This document shows, piece by piece, positions 9,516-20,249 of a stretch of 64,000 nt of DNA. A program made the position numbers and the translations under genes. The DNA lies in contig JAWBPV010000001.1 of NCBI GenBank assembly GCA_039000425.1, forward strand, positions 38 to 64,037. The letters run 5' to 3'. Each line of letters begins with the position of its first letter. Position 1 is the stretch's first letter. The stretch comes from Candidatus Aenigmatarchaeota archaeon (GTDB lineage: Archaea > Aenigmatarchaeota > Aenigmatarchaeia > CG10238-14 > SCSR01). The notes under the pieces are model-generated. The model made no database searches and was not told the origin of the DNA. It saw only the letters and a program-made list of their open reading frames with translations.

Positions 9516-11395
9516 ATGGGGTTGAAATGGAAATTCTGAAAAAAGTAGAGAGTCTTCTACCTAAGGGAGTTGTTAGTAAGATAGAGTTGGAAGGATCGGA
9601 AATAATAATCTACACTAAAGATAGAGAATTCTTTCGAAGTTGTGAAGAAAACATAAAGCAGATAGTGAGTGAAATAAAGAAGAGGATAGAAGTTAGGTTG
9701 GAGAAAGATCTTTGCTTAGAGGAAAATGCCGCAAAAGAAAAGATAAAGGAAATAATTCCGGAAGATGCGAAAATAAAAGAAATTTATTTTGAGCCTGAAA
9801 GAAGCTTGGTCATAATAGCTGCTGAAAAGCCAGGATTAGTCATAGGTAAGGGTGGTGAGACTTTCAAGAAAATAAAGGCAGAAACTCTCTGGACTCCAAG
9901 AATAGAAAGGGTGCCATCTATAAAGTCCGAAGTTATAATCGGTACGAGAAAATTTTTACGTGCTGAAAGCAAGTTCAGGAAGAAATTTTTGAATGAAGTT
10001 GGGAAGAACATTTTCAGCGAGAGAACTACAAACAGAGATTGGATAAGGATTATACCATTAGGTGGTTTCAGAGAAGTTGGGAGGAGTTGTTTGTTGGTTG
10101 AAACACCAAAATCAAAAGTTCTGTTGGATTGTGGAATTGCAGTTGGTGCTTCAAATGCAAATCAATATCCAGTCCTACACACAAAAGAATTCGATTACAA
10201 TGAGTTAGATGCGATAATAATCTCTCATTCCCATTTAGATCATTGTGGATTTGTTCCAGTTCTTTACGAAAGGGGGTATGATGGTCCTGTTTACATGACC
10301 ACCCCGACTATCGATCTTGCTACCTTACTCTGGCTTGATTACATAGATGTGATGCAAAAAACTACTTCAACACCACTCTTCACAGCTAAAGGTGTAAAAG
10401 AGGCTGTTAAGCATAGTATAGCTTTAGAATATGGAGAAGTATCCGATGTTGCCCCTGACGTTAGGCTTACTTTCCAAAACGCTGGTCACATCTTAGGTTC
10501 TGCCTTGATCCATTTACATATAGGAGAAGGTCTTCATAACATAGTTTATGCTTTAGACCAAAAGTTCGGGAGAACAACTCTTCTCGAACCAGCTTTCACC
10601 AACTTTCAAAGAGTTGAAACTTTGATAATAGAATCTACTTATGGTGGTGTGAGAGATATCATGCCTTCTAGACAAGAAACTGAAAGGCAACTCATGGAAA
10701 TTATAAACTCTACGATGGAGAGAAAAGGGATTTGTCTTATACCATCTTTTTCGGTTGAAAGGGCTCAAGAAGTTATGGTTGTACTAGTTGAAAACAACTT
10801 CCAATATCCTGTTTTCTTGGATGGAATGATATGGGACGCTAACGGCATTTTCACAGCCTATCCGGAGTACCTCTCAAGAAACATGCAGAAAAAAATATTC
10901 TCGGGGGAAGACCCTTTCCTGAATCCGATTTTCAAGAGAATAGCTTCACCTAGCGAGAGGGAAAAAGCTTGGCAAGAAAAACCTTGTGTGATAATATCAA
11001 CGAGCGGGATGTTAATAGGTGGTCCTGTCATGGAACATTTAAAAGTTTTGGCTGAAGATTCGAATAACACTTTAATCTTCGTCGGTTATCAATGTGAAGG
11101 GACTTTGGGGAGAAGGATTCAGAAAGGATGGAGAGAAATCCCGATGAAAACTGAAGATGGTAAGAACATTTCGATTGAAATGAAGATGGATGTTAAAACT
11201 GTGGAAGGACTTAGTGGCCATTCTGATAGGAATCAACTTCTCGCTTTCGTTCACAGGTTGACTTCTAGACCTGATAGGGTTGTGATCGCTCATGGTGAAA
11301 GTCAAAAATCTTTAGAATTGGCTAGAGCGATCCACAGGAGCTTAAGAGTAGAGACTAACGTGCCTAGGAATCTAGAGAGTTTGAGGTTGAAATGA
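9512..11395 (+). CDS. fttA: KH-domain beta-CASP ribonuclease aCPSF1 (termination factor FttA)
   Basis: KH domains (PGLVIGKGG), LGGFREVGRS, HSHLDH, GHILGS, SGHSD; conserved adjacency to psmB. Confidence 0.93.
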   Translation: MNGVEMEILKKVESLLPKGVVSKIELEGSEIIIYTKDREFFRSCEENIKQIVSEIKKRIEVRLEKDLCLEENAAKEKIKEIIPEDAKIKEIYFEPERSLVIIAAEKPGLVIGKGGETFKKIKAETLWTPRIERVPSIKSEVIIGTRKFLRAESKFRKKFLNEVGKNIFSERTTNRDWIRIIPLGGFREVGRSCLLVETPKSKVLLDCGIAVGASNANQYPVLHTKEFDYNELDAIIISHSHLDHCGFVPVLYERGYDGPVYMTTPTIDLATLLWLDYIDVMQKTTSTPLFTAKGVKEAVKHSIALEYGEVSDVAPDVRLTFQNAGHILGSALIHLHIGEGLHNIVYALDQKFGRTTLLEPAFTNFQRVETLIIESTYGGVRDIMPSRQETERQLMEIINSTMERKGICLIPSFSVERAQEVMVVLVENNFQYPVFLDGMIWDANGIFTAYPEYLSRNMQKKIFSGEDPFLNPIFKRIASPSEREKAWQEKPCVIISTSGMLIGGPVMEHLKVLAEDSNNTLIFVGYQCEGTLGRRIQKGWREIPMKTEDGKNISIEMKMDVKTVEGLSGHSDRNQLLAFVHRLTSRPDRVVIAHGESQKSLELARAIHRSLRVETNVPRNLESLRLK

Positions 11396-12649
11396 TCAGT
11401 AAGGATAAGATAAACCAAGGGTAAATTTATAAACTTCAAATATGTCGTCATTTTTTATGTTGATGTAAGAAGATGAAATACCTTTTTGGAGAGGTGCAGA
11501 TAGAACTAGGAACTTCTTCTTAGATGCCCAAAGTATCAAGGAAAGCAATAGAGTTTTCTCGTCATCTGAAGGTTGATCCCCGAAATCGTACATCCACGCA
11601 ATTCTCGAAGAATTCAAGATAACCGCAGGATAGAAAATTTGTCCAAATCCTTTGACCAATATCCTATCCATTCTACCATCGTTTGGTAAAACATTACATT
11701 TTCCTGTTGGAAGATAATTTCCGAAATAATACTCCGGTTTATTCTTGAAAGAAATTGCTATGATGCTAGAGTTGTGAATGTAATTTAGGGTAAAGTTATA
11801 TTTACCTATTCTAAAACTTTCTCCCACCTTCACTATAACATCCCTCGTTGAATTTCCATCAACATCGAACCATACATACGTATCATTACAAATCCAGAAT
11901 TTGTATATGGTTTTGTTCAACACAAAGTTTCCTTCATTCTTGCAATCTGGATAAGTTAAACTTAGGGATGAGTTGAGAGGAATGGGTACGTGATAGAAAT
12001 TTTTGTATGGGGTGTAAACCATAACTGAAGAATTTTCTGGTTTGGTGAAATTCATAAAATTTGTAATTCCCACACTCCCTGTACAGTTTATACCAAAAAT
12101 TTGTTTTTGTGCTATATCTATCTCGGATTGAGAATTGAAATTCATCATCTCAACAATCCCGATTCCCCTGGATATGTATTTTTGTAAGATAGAATTGTAG
12201 TTAGCTAGATTTTTGTAATTTTTTATCAATATAACATCAGTTTCCTGGGGAATTTCTTCAAGTTTTGATTTAAAGAAAATAATGTATATCCTTCTCTTAT
12301 TCAAAAATAGTGGATTAAACCAAAAATTCATCTTGTTTATTTCTTCTTCAGTACAATTACATGCAACCATTATTTGATTTGGGAAAGTACCTTCTACTTC
12401 AGACCATGGTATCAAATTTTTTTCTGGCACAGTTCTTTCGAGAAAATTTCTTAAAGTTGATTTATTGAAAGAGAATTGATATAGAAACCCTGTTCTGTCC
12501 ATAGTTAATATCAAATCTCTTGTCAACAACATGACCTTCGCTTCTTTCCACTTATCTTTGTAAACGAACCCTGGAAAGAGTATACCAAAAGTTATGAAAA
12601 TTGCTATTAAAACTGTTACCATCTCAACTAGTGGTACTTGTGCTTTCAT
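11396..12649 (-). CDS. Large class III signal peptide (pilin/adhesin-like) protein
   Basis: MKAQ plus hydrophobic helix; many N-x-S/T sequons; within pilus cluster. Confidence 0.65.
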   Translation of the reverse strand: MKAQVPLVEMVTVLIAIFITFGILFPGFVYKDKWKEAKVMLLTRDLILTMDRTGFLYQFSFNKSTLRNFLERTVPEKNLIPWSEVEGTFPNQIMVACNCTEEEINKMNFWFNPLFLNKRRIYIIFFKSKLEEIPQETDVILIKNYKNLANYNSILQKYISRGIGIVEMMNFNSQSEIDIAQKQIFGINCTGSVGITNFMNFTKPENSSVMVYTPYKNFYHVPIPLNSSLSLTYPDCKNEGNFVLNKTIYKFWICNDTYVWFDVDGNSTRDVIVKVGESFRIGKYNFTLNYIHNSSIIAISFKNKPEYYFGNYLPTGKCNVLPNDGRMDRILVKGFGQIFYPAVILNSSRIAWMYDFGDQPSDDEKTLLLSLILWASKKKFLVLSAPLQKGISSSYINIKNDDIFEVYKFTLGLSYPY

Positions 12650-12650
12650 C

Positions 12651-13151
12651 TTACCACGCGCTCAGCACCAGCTCCCCATGCCGTGTCATAATCCCATCGG
12701 TGTAAGCAACTATCCTCGAGATCGTAAAATTCCTAGCACCCCTTGCTTGTGTTTTCAAAATTGAACAGCTTCCGTTTAAACTTCCTGTTATGTTTTTAAA
12801 CGTTACCTCTAGATTATGATCCAAGATAATTTTATCACCAACTTTTGAACAATTGGAAAAAAAAGATTTCATTTTTATTCCTGAAATCAAGTTGGTCTCA
12901 TTCTTGGTTTCATCCGAAAGTCCCAACTTTTTCACGTTATCAAAACTTGTCTTGTACCAATCGATTGGATAACCTGGATCGTTTATCAACAACTCAGAGA
13001 TCTGAAAAATTTCCGATTTCAACCTTTGAGCTTTTAATTCATTCAGGTAATTTGGTATGAAGGAAGAAACTTGAAATGCTACGAAAGTCACGGCTCCCAA
13101 AAAGATAGTCATAGCAGTCAAAAATTCAACAAAACTTATTTGGGCTTTCAT
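12651..13151 (-). CDS. Type IV pilin-like protein
   Basis: MKAQISFVEF plus hydrophobic helix; PGYPIDW motif. Confidence 0.7.
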   Translation of the reverse strand: MKAQISFVEFLTAMTIFLGAVTFVAFQVSSFIPNYLNELKAQRLKSEIFQISELLINDPGYPIDWYKTSFDNVKKLGLSDETKNETNLISGIKMKSFFSNCSKVGDKIILDHNLEVTFKNITGSLNGSCSILKTQARGARNFTISRIVAYTDGIMTRHGELVLSAW

Positions 13152-14090
13152 TTAAACACCGAGGAAATTCAATACTTTGAGTAATAGTAATATTCCCCAT
13201 ACAGCAACTGTTAATATCAAAGCGTGTTTAATTCCAGCGGTCATCGACCTTTCTGTTACTTCGCCCACAACGATACCACACGATATGGCTATTATTGTAC
13301 TCATGTAAAAAAATAGAGAAATGTAGTAACTTGCTATACTTCCCGCTTTTTCCAAGCCAAAGATGTAAATCGCTGGGATGGAAAAAATATCACATATTAA
13401 ACTGGGGTTATTCTCACATGGACTTACAAAAACTGAGAACTCTCCAAGGCTCTCTGAAGTGCGAAATATTGGGAGTAACAATCTGTTTATTCCAACTAGA
13501 ATTGCAAGGAATATGAAAGCTATACCATAAATTAAAACAACGTACTGGTTTAGAATACTTTTTCTCTCTTTATCTATTTCATTCAGTTGTGTTAAACTAT
13601 CAGCGATAGAAGCAAGTGTCGAAACAACATCTCCTCCTGTGTAATAAGTCTCCTTCAAAATTTTAATGGATAAGTAAAGTTTTTTACTAGACTTAACCCT
13701 TTCTGTAAATTGATCCAGAACTTTGTTAACTGGCATTCCCCAAGAAATCTGATTTGCCATCTTCTTTATTTCTTTTGAAAGCTCACCATATTCCACTTTA
13801 CTCGCAGCAACTATGGCTTGATGGAAAGGAACACCTGCATTTATAGATTCCACCAAATCTCTCAGAAAAGCTGGCATGGTCTCTTCCATTTCCTTTATGG
13901 CTCTCTCCCTTTGATATCTAAGTATAACAAGCGGCAATATTAGCATGAAAGCGAAAAGGATGAGTGCATTGGATATGACTCCTATCCTTGTTTTTTCATC
14001 TTCATTCAACAAACCAATTATTATCAAAAAACTTGTTATCGAAATCGCTATCAAGATTATTTTTTGCTCTGTGGTTAATTTTATTTTCAA
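13152..14090 (-). CDS. Type II secretion system F / TadC-like membrane platform protein
   Basis: FLRDLVESINAG, YGELSKEI, TGGD motifs; several TM helices. Confidence 0.88.
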   Translation of the reverse strand: MKIKLTTEQKIILIAISITSFLIIIGLLNEDEKTRIGVISNALILFAFMLILPLVILRYQRERAIKEMEETMPAFLRDLVESINAGVPFHQAIVAASKVEYGELSKEIKKMANQISWGMPVNKVLDQFTERVKSSKKLYLSIKILKETYYTGGDVVSTLASIADSLTQLNEIDKERKSILNQYVVLIYGIAFIFLAILVGINRLLLPIFRTSESLGEFSVFVSPCENNPSLICDIFSIPAIYIFGLEKAGSIASYYISLFFYMSTIIAISCGIVVGEVTERSMTAGIKHALILTVAVWGILLLLKVLNFLGV

Positions 14091-14960
14091 TCAATCCCCT
14101 CCAGGAGTAGCTGTTTTTATCATGTAAGTGAAAATTCCAGAGATTAAAGGCAGGAAGATGAATATTATGAAGAACTGAAGTGATAACAATTGTTGAGACA
14201 CTCCTGTTATCCCAGAAACTATCGAAGTCAAAATCAAGAAGAAAATAGCACCTAAAACAACAGCGGTGATGTAAATTTCCAGATAAATACCAAGCTGATG
14301 TGAAAAATCTTTTAGTTTTGTTCTGTATTCTGACATAAAGTTCCTTGCTTTTTCTTTCAAGTAAACTTCAACATCTCCCCCGCTTATACTAGTTGAAAGA
14401 ATACCCCATAGCAATTCTTTCAATTTCTTAGATGGTGATCTTTCCACTGCTCTCTCTAAAGCTGTGTTCACATCTAGTCCGAAAATTCTTATATCGTTGT
14501 CTATTTTTGAAATCTCTTCTGTCAATTCACCATAACCAGTGAACTTTGAAAAAATTTCGAAAACTTTGTTAAGTGGAATTTTTGAACTGGTTATCGTCGA
14601 GAGATGAATCGTAGCAAAAAATATTTTTTCATCTATTCTTTTCGCTTTCTGATTCATCACAAGCTTTGGATAATTCATATAAATTATGAAAAAAACTGAG
14701 AGGATGAATAAACAAGTTGTTATCGAAGATAAAAAACCGAACAAAAAACTCTTCAAGAAAAAAGCCAAAATGACCGAAAGTACAGGCAAACCTATCACGA
14801 ATATTAAAATATTTAAAAAAATTCCTTTGGCTATGAATTCATGGGTCGAAAGTTTTATCCCAGCCTTTTTCAAATCAGATTTCAATTCCGAAAAATATGG
14901 GAGTAATAAATCTGCTATAGGATAAAAAAATTTAAAAGAAATTTTAAAGAAACCCATCAA
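14091..14960 (-). CDS. Type II secretion system F / TadB-like membrane platform protein
   Basis: YGELTEEI...FGLD..TALE...RSPS...SGGD pattern. Confidence 0.88.
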   Translation of the reverse strand: MMGFFKISFKFFYPIADLLLPYFSELKSDLKKAGIKLSTHEFIAKGIFLNILIFVIGLPVLSVILAFFLKSFLFGFLSSITTCLFILSVFFIIYMNYPKLVMNQKAKRIDEKIFFATIHLSTITSSKIPLNKVFEIFSKFTGYGELTEEISKIDNDIRIFGLDVNTALERAVERSPSKKLKELLWGILSTSISGGDVEVYLKEKARNFMSEYRTKLKDFSHQLGIYLEIYITAVVLGAIFFLILTSIVSGITGVSQQLLSLQFFIIFIFLPLISGIFTYMIKTATPGGD

Positions 14961-16783
14961 GTACCTCCCTTGATTGCTGCCAGAACTTTTGACGGATTTT
15001 TGTAATAAGCGTTTATCACGTTACAAAAATCCTCATACCCTAAAATTTCATTCTTCTGTAACCAATCCAGGATGAGCATCCTTCTTTCAATCTCCTCTTT
15101 TATATCCCTTTCGCTCAAACCACTCAGTTCTGAAATCTTCTTCAGTATATAACTCTTCCCACAAATCTCAAATGTATCGTTAATCGGATTCCATTTGAAA
15201 ACCCTGTTGAATATCGGACTTTTAGTTTTTTCATCCACACCAACAACTTCCAGGATCTCTGTCACCCTTCTAACTTGTTTATTCCTATATCTTGTGAGGA
15301 GCATGAAAATTATTACATCAGCGGCACCAACAAGACTTGGTGGTAAGTTTATCGGTGGTGTTGTAAGTCTGTCCAAAAGTTTTGATACGTTTTCAGCGTG
15401 TATAGTTGCAAGGCTTGGGTGTCCTGTTGCCATTTCCTGGAATAAAACGTATGCTTCTTTACCCCTAACTTCACCAACTATTATGTAATCTGGTCTTTGT
15501 CTTAAACTTTCTTTCAACAAATCGAATAGATCAACTTCACCTGGTTTTCTACCGAATTCTGTTCCTATAGCTGTTCTAGCTACATGTGGAACCCAGTGTG
15601 GGTGTGGTAGTTTGAGTTCTGGTGTATCTTCTATGGATACTACTTTTTCTTCAGGTCTTATGAAAAGTGAAAGTACATTCAATAAAGTTGTTTTACCTGA
15701 AGCTGTACCTCCTGAAACTATAACACTTCTTCCCATATCTATAACAAACCATAAGTAGGCTAAGCTCTTTATGTCTAAAGTTCCATAACCAAGTAAGTGT
15801 ATCGGTGTAAGTGGTTTTTCTGTAAATTTCCTTATCGTGAAATTGCTCCCCCTTCTGGCTATGTCAGTAGCAAGAGTCGCTTGAACTCTACTTCCATCAG
15901 GTAATGAACCTGAAAGTAGAGGGTTTGTTATGGATATTGACTTCCCACATAACTGAGCAAGTCTCATGACAAAAGAATCGAGCTCTTCAGCATCTTCAAA
16001 AACGATATTAGTCATCAAAGACCCTAGGGAAGGGTTCCTGTGGAATATGAAAACTGGTATGTTCACACCATCACAACTTATATCTTCTATTTGATCGTCT
16101 TTCATCAAGGGATCTATTTTTCCTAATCCCATGAAATCTCTTTCTATGTAGTATTGTAATATCAACTTTTCGGTATCACTCAACTTTAAACCTAAATACT
16201 CCAAAGTTTCAGAGATTTGTTTCTTCAAGTAATCCTTAGCTTCAGAAATTTTCAACTTTGAAAAATCAATATCTAGCCTTTCTTCCAAAATTCCTTTGAT
16301 CTTACCCAACAAATCTCCTAGGTTTTTCGTTAGAGGTGGTTCAACAACCTGGTAAACATGCCTGTTGAAATTTTCATCCCAATAAATCTTTGCATACGCG
16401 AGAATTGGTTCACCCCTTTCTGGTTTCTTTGGAACTAAAGGCTGTATGAAAGTTATCTTTTCTCTCTCTTCTTCTGGTATTTCACCGAGTTTAACTTTGG
16501 ATGGACTGAACTCTGGGATTTCAAAACCTTCAACTTCTTTGACAATTTCAGTTTTTTCTTTTTCCTCCTTCAACTCTCCTTCAAATTTTAAAGGCATGAG
16601 GATTGGTTGTATAACCGGCTGAATTGGGAGTTTTATGGTTTGATCTTTTGTTTCTATTGATGGTTGAACGAGAAGTTTCATTAACTGCTGTTGAACTTGT
16701 AGTTGATTTTCCTCTTCTTTACTCGAAATTCTTTTATATCCCTTGACTAAAAATCTCACTATTTTTTTTGCCGGATTCATCAA
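14957..16783 (-). CDS. Type IV pilus/secretion ATPase (VirB11/FlaI family)
   Basis: EDISCDG, Walker A GGTASGKTT, SIEDTPE, LRQRPD, VGEVRG, TGH. Confidence 0.93.
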   Translation of the reverse strand: MMNPAKKIVRFLVKGYKRISSKEEENQLQVQQQLMKLLVQPSIETKDQTIKLPIQPVIQPILMPLKFEGELKEEKEKTEIVKEVEGFEIPEFSPSKVKLGEIPEEEREKITFIQPLVPKKPERGEPILAYAKIYWDENFNRHVYQVVEPPLTKNLGDLLGKIKGILEERLDIDFSKLKISEAKDYLKKQISETLEYLGLKLSDTEKLILQYYIERDFMGLGKIDPLMKDDQIEDISCDGVNIPVFIFHRNPSLGSLMTNIVFEDAEELDSFVMRLAQLCGKSISITNPLLSGSLPDGSRVQATLATDIARRGSNFTIRKFTEKPLTPIHLLGYGTLDIKSLAYLWFVIDMGRSVIVSGGTASGKTTLLNVLSLFIRPEEKVVSIEDTPELKLPHPHWVPHVARTAIGTEFGRKPGEVDLFDLLKESLRQRPDYIIVGEVRGKEAYVLFQEMATGHPSLATIHAENVSKLLDRLTTPPINLPPSLVGAADVIIFMLLTRYRNKQVRRVTEILEVVGVDEKTKSPIFNRVFKWNPINDTFEICGKSYILKKISELSGLSERDIKEEIERRMLILDWLQKNEILGYEDFCNVINAYYKNPSKVLAAIKGGT

Positions 16784-17205
16784 CTTACCCTCAAATTATT
16801 ATTACTCTTGTTGAACGTTAAAATTATAGGTTTAGAGGATACCGAATATCCGGTTAAAGTTACCGGGTTTTTTGAAATGTTGTGGATGGTAGTTAGATGG
16901 GAAGTACCAAAAGTTGAGATGTTAAGCTTAGAGTCTTGTGTGGTTATCAACAAGGGATAACCGGCAGAAGTATTGTAAATTACTACGGATAAACTCACGA
17001 AATCACAACCTTTACAAGAATCTAAAATGGATATTACCGCTGAAGAGATATAACTACTTGTAAGGTTGACGCTTGAAGATAAAATTTCTTGTCTTAGAAT
17101 ATCTGCTTGATATCTAAAAAAAGATCCTAGAGAAACGAAGATCGAAAATCCTATCATGAAAAATATGAGAAATTGAATAACTACACTTTGCCCTTTTCTC
17201 ATCAT
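16780..17205 (-). CDS. Type IV pilin-like protein
   Basis: MRKGQ plus hydrophobic helix (class III signal peptide). Confidence 0.65.
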   Translation of the reverse strand: MMRKGQSVVIQFLIFFMIGFSIFVSLGSFFRYQADILRQEILSSSVNLTSSYISSAVISILDSCKGCDFVSLSVVIYNTSAGYPLLITTQDSKLNISTFGTSHLTTIHNISKNPVTLTGYSVSSKPIILTFNKSNNNLRVS

Positions 17206-17789
17206 AAAAGAATTTCTATTTCTGTTGTAATTAAATTATCACCACTCACACTTCCCTTTGAAATAGTTATCATCTTAGATTTTGACGTGGTAACGCTAAT
17301 CGGTTTGAGTTTTAACTTATAACCTCTTGTTTCACTCCAAAGCTCCCTACAACCAAGCTGGTAAGTTATGTTATAACCATTTGCCAATTGACTTGCCCTA
17401 ACACAAACGACGCAAGGTTCATCTATACCGAGCGTTCCATTCTCGTAAACGAAACCTGTAGAAGCATTGCATCCTTCACCAATCCACAAACCAACAGCTT
17501 TATCGGAAGCTTTACTGAAAAAGGTGAAAGTTAATGTGTTCTTATTCTCATCTATTACCCAAACCCCTTCAACATCAACCGAAAAAGTTTCCCTTCCTCC
17601 CATGCTTGCCACGTTCTTTATCTTTAAGGGAAGATCTTTCGTGAAAAGATTGTTAACTCTAGAGATTAAAGCCATGTCTTGTCTTTTTTGAATCAAGGGT
17701 AATCCCCAGAGGAGAGCTGTTGAAGTTAGACCAAGAGCTATTAAAACTATTATCACTGCTGAGATTATATCAGCTTGTGCTTTATTCAT
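17202..17789 (-). CDS. Type IV pilin-like protein
   Basis: MNKAQ plus hydrophobic helix (class III signal peptide). Confidence 0.7.
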   Translation of the reverse strand: MNKAQADIISAVIIVLIALGLTSTALLWGLPLIQKRQDMALISRVNNLFTKDLPLKIKNVASMGGRETFSVDVEGVWVIDENKNTLTFTFFSKASDKAVGLWIGEGCNASTGFVYENGTLGIDEPCVVCVRASQLANGYNITYQLGCRELWSETRGYKLKLKPISVTTSKSKMITISKGSVSGDNLITTEIEILL

Positions 17790-17793
17790 AAAC

Positions 17794-18270
17794 TCACATT
17801 CTTTGAATCGGTTTTTTAACCGGTAAAACTGGGGGGACTGGTCTTGATAATTTTTTCTCTATTTCTTCAAGAATCGATATCATGATATCGTTGCTTTGTG
17901 CTATCTTCTTGCTCGATTCTATCAATTCGTTTATTTTCCCCGCTAAACTTCTCGTAACTTCATTTTCAGGTTGATAAACTTCTTCACTTGCTGCTACCCT
18001 TATGTAATTCAAAAATTCATTCAGTTTATTCGAAAGATCTTCAAGTTTTATCGTTAGCTTTGAGAGCTCCAAACGCAAAGCATCGTTAGATTTTGAGATC
18101 TCGTTAACTATTTGTTGGTTCATTCTCAAAACATCAACAACTTCTTTAAAAATTTCCTTCAAGTCAACTGCTGGAGAAATCGATTCCAACTTTTCAACCC
18201 TTTTCTCCAATTTCCTTAAGGGAGAAAGAGGAATTATCTCGTATTCTTCTTTTGGCTCTTTGGAAGACAT
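17794..18270 (-). CDS. Hypothetical coiled-coil protein
   Basis: Heptad-rich, Pro-rich tail, co-oriented with the pilus operon. Confidence 0.6.
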   Translation of the reverse strand: MSSKEPKEEYEIIPLSPLRKLEKRVEKLESISPAVDLKEIFKEVVDVLRMNQQIVNEISKSNDALRLELSKLTIKLEDLSNKLNEFLNYIRVAASEEVYQPENEVTRSLAGKINELIESSKKIAQSNDIMISILEEIEKKLSRPVPPVLPVKKPIQRM

Positions 18271-18306
18271 AATATTAATTAAAAAAAGAGAAAATAAAAG
18301 CTTTTA

Positions 18307-19965
18307 TCACTCTTCTGATTCTTCTGAAGATGGTGTGCTTGGAGTACTCTTCTCAAGCTTACCAGCAGCTATGACATCATCTATCCTCAGTATCATCTCT
18401 GCAGCTTCTGCAGCCGATTTTATAGCTTGTGTCTTAACTTTCAAAGGTTCTATTACTCCCATCTCTATAGCATCTTCGATTTTTCCAGTGTTCAAGTTTA
18501 TCCCATAAGTTATCTTTCCATGCTCATGTGCTGCCCTCAATTCCACAAGCGTGTCTATCGGGTCTAAACCTGCATTTTCGGCTAAAGCTCTTGGTATAAC
18601 TTCCATAGCGTCAGCGAAAGCCAGTATTGCAAGTTGCTCCCTACCTGAGAACTTTTCTGCAAACTTTCTCAACTTGTTAGCAACTTCTGCTTCGGGTGCA
18701 CCTGCTCCAGCTACTATTTTACCAACTTCGAGCGCGGAAGCCACAGCACCAACAGCATCTTCTATGCTTCTGTCTATCTCATCGACAACATGCTCGGTGC
18801 TTCCCCTAACCAAGATAGTCACTGCCTTAGGATCTTTACATTCTCTGACAAAAGTCATAGCTTCTCCTGCAATCTTCTTTTCTTCAACTATTTTAGCAAA
18901 ACCTAAATCTTCTGGGGTCAAATCATCAAGATTAGAAACTATTCTTCCCCCGGTTGCTTTAGCTAGTTTTTCCATGTCGGATTGTTTAACTCTCCTGCAA
19001 GCTAGAATTCCTTTCTTAGCCAAATAGTGTTGGGCTAAATCATCTATGCCTTTCTGACACAAAACCACGTTAGCACCAACTCTCACTATTTTATCAACCA
19101 TGTTCTTTATCATCTTCTGCTCTTGTTCTATGAACGCTTGCATCTGTTCAGGGGAAGTTATCCTTATCTCGGCATCAGTTTCTGGTTCTTTTACTTCCAA
19201 CGCTACATCTAGCAAAGCTATCTTAGCATTTTCCACTTTTTTTGGCATGGCTGGATGTACCACTTCTTTATCAATAACTATTCCTTTTATAAGCTCTGTT
19301 TCTTCTGCTGAACCACCATGCTTCTTAACTCTACTAACATCGTCCGTATCAACCTCGATCTTACCATCAACTTTTCTTGCCACTTCTTTCAAAGCTTGAA
19401 CCACTATCTCAGCTAGCTTAGGGGAAGCCCTCTCAACAGACTTTCCGGACATTGAAGTTAATGCGATTTTCGTCAACGTTTCTGTATCTTCTATATCAAC
19501 TGGTTTTGCCATATTTTCAAGAATCCTAAGAGCCTCATCTTTCGCCAGCTTGTATCCTTTTGTTATAACTGTTGGGTGAATATCTTGATCTAAAAGCTCT
19601 TCTGCCTTCTTTAAAAGCTCACCAGCAATAACAACTGAAGTTGTTGTACCGTCGCCCACTTCGTCGTTCTGTGTTTTTGCCACTTCGACCATCATCTTTG
19701 CTGCTGGATGTTCAACATCCATTTCTTCTAGTATCGTAACTCCATCGTTTGTTATCACTATATCCCCTATCGAATCCACTAACATTTTATCCATGCCTTT
19801 AGGCCCTAAAGTTGTCCTCACTGCATCTGCTACTGCCTTAGCTGCAGCTATGTTGTTCTTCTGCGCATCCCTTCCTGTGGAACGTAGAGTTCCTTCTGGT
19901 AATATGAGTATTGGTTGTCCACCTAAACTCCCGAGCATAGCCTTTGCCTCGGCCATATTCAACAC
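18307..19965 (-). CDS. ths: Thermosome (group II chaperonin) subunit
   Basis: [20 protein letters not shown] motifs; true start is probably the second Met (MAEAK...). Confidence 0.97.
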   Translation of the reverse strand: MLNMAEAKAMLGSLGGQPILILPEGTLRSTGRDAQKNNIAAAKAVADAVRTTLGPKGMDKMLVDSIGDIVITNDGVTILEEMDVEHPAAKMMVEVAKTQNDEVGDGTTTSVVIAGELLKKAEELLDQDIHPTVITKGYKLAKDEALRILENMAKPVDIEDTETLTKIALTSMSGKSVERASPKLAEIVVQALKEVARKVDGKIEVDTDDVSRVKKHGGSAEETELIKGIVIDKEVVHPAMPKKVENAKIALLDVALEVKEPETDAEIRITSPEQMQAFIEQEQKMIKNMVDKIVRVGANVVLCQKGIDDLAQHYLAKKGILACRRVKQSDMEKLAKATGGRIVSNLDDLTPEDLGFAKIVEEKKIAGEAMTFVRECKDPKAVTILVRGSTEHVVDEIDRSIEDAVGAVASALEVGKIVAGAGAPEAEVANKLRKFAEKFSGREQLAILAFADAMEVIPRALAENAGLDPIDTLVELRAAHEHGKITYGINLNTGKIEDAIEMGVIEPLKVKTQAIKSAAEAAEMILRIDDVIAAGKLEKSTPSTPSSEESEE

Positions 19966-20052
19966 CAGGAGAAACTATTTTATAATTATTCGCAAGTATT
20001 TAAAACTTTTGTTTTTTAATTTATTTAAAAACAGAAAATTTTTAAATATATT

Positions 20053-20148
20053 GGGCCCGTAGCTTAGCCTGGTGGAGCATCCGCCTTATATGGTAATGCT
20101 CCGTTAGAAGAAAGCGGAGGGTCGAGAGTTCAAATCTCTCCGGGCCCA
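20053..20148 (+). tRNA. tRNA-Ile (anticodon TAT) with 22-nt intron at 37/38 (20091-20112)
   Basis: GGGCCCG/CGGGCCC acceptor, discriminator A, TCCGC/GCGGA anticodon stem, loop CT-TAT-A|intron|A, TTCAAAT T-loop, short variable loop. Confidence 0.85.
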
Positions 20149-20249
20149 CTTTTGAATTAAGTTTAGAAAAAATACGAATCTTAAAATACTAAGAAATTAA
20201 AATGAAAGAAAGAAACTTATTGATGAGTAAAAAATAATTAATAGAAAAC

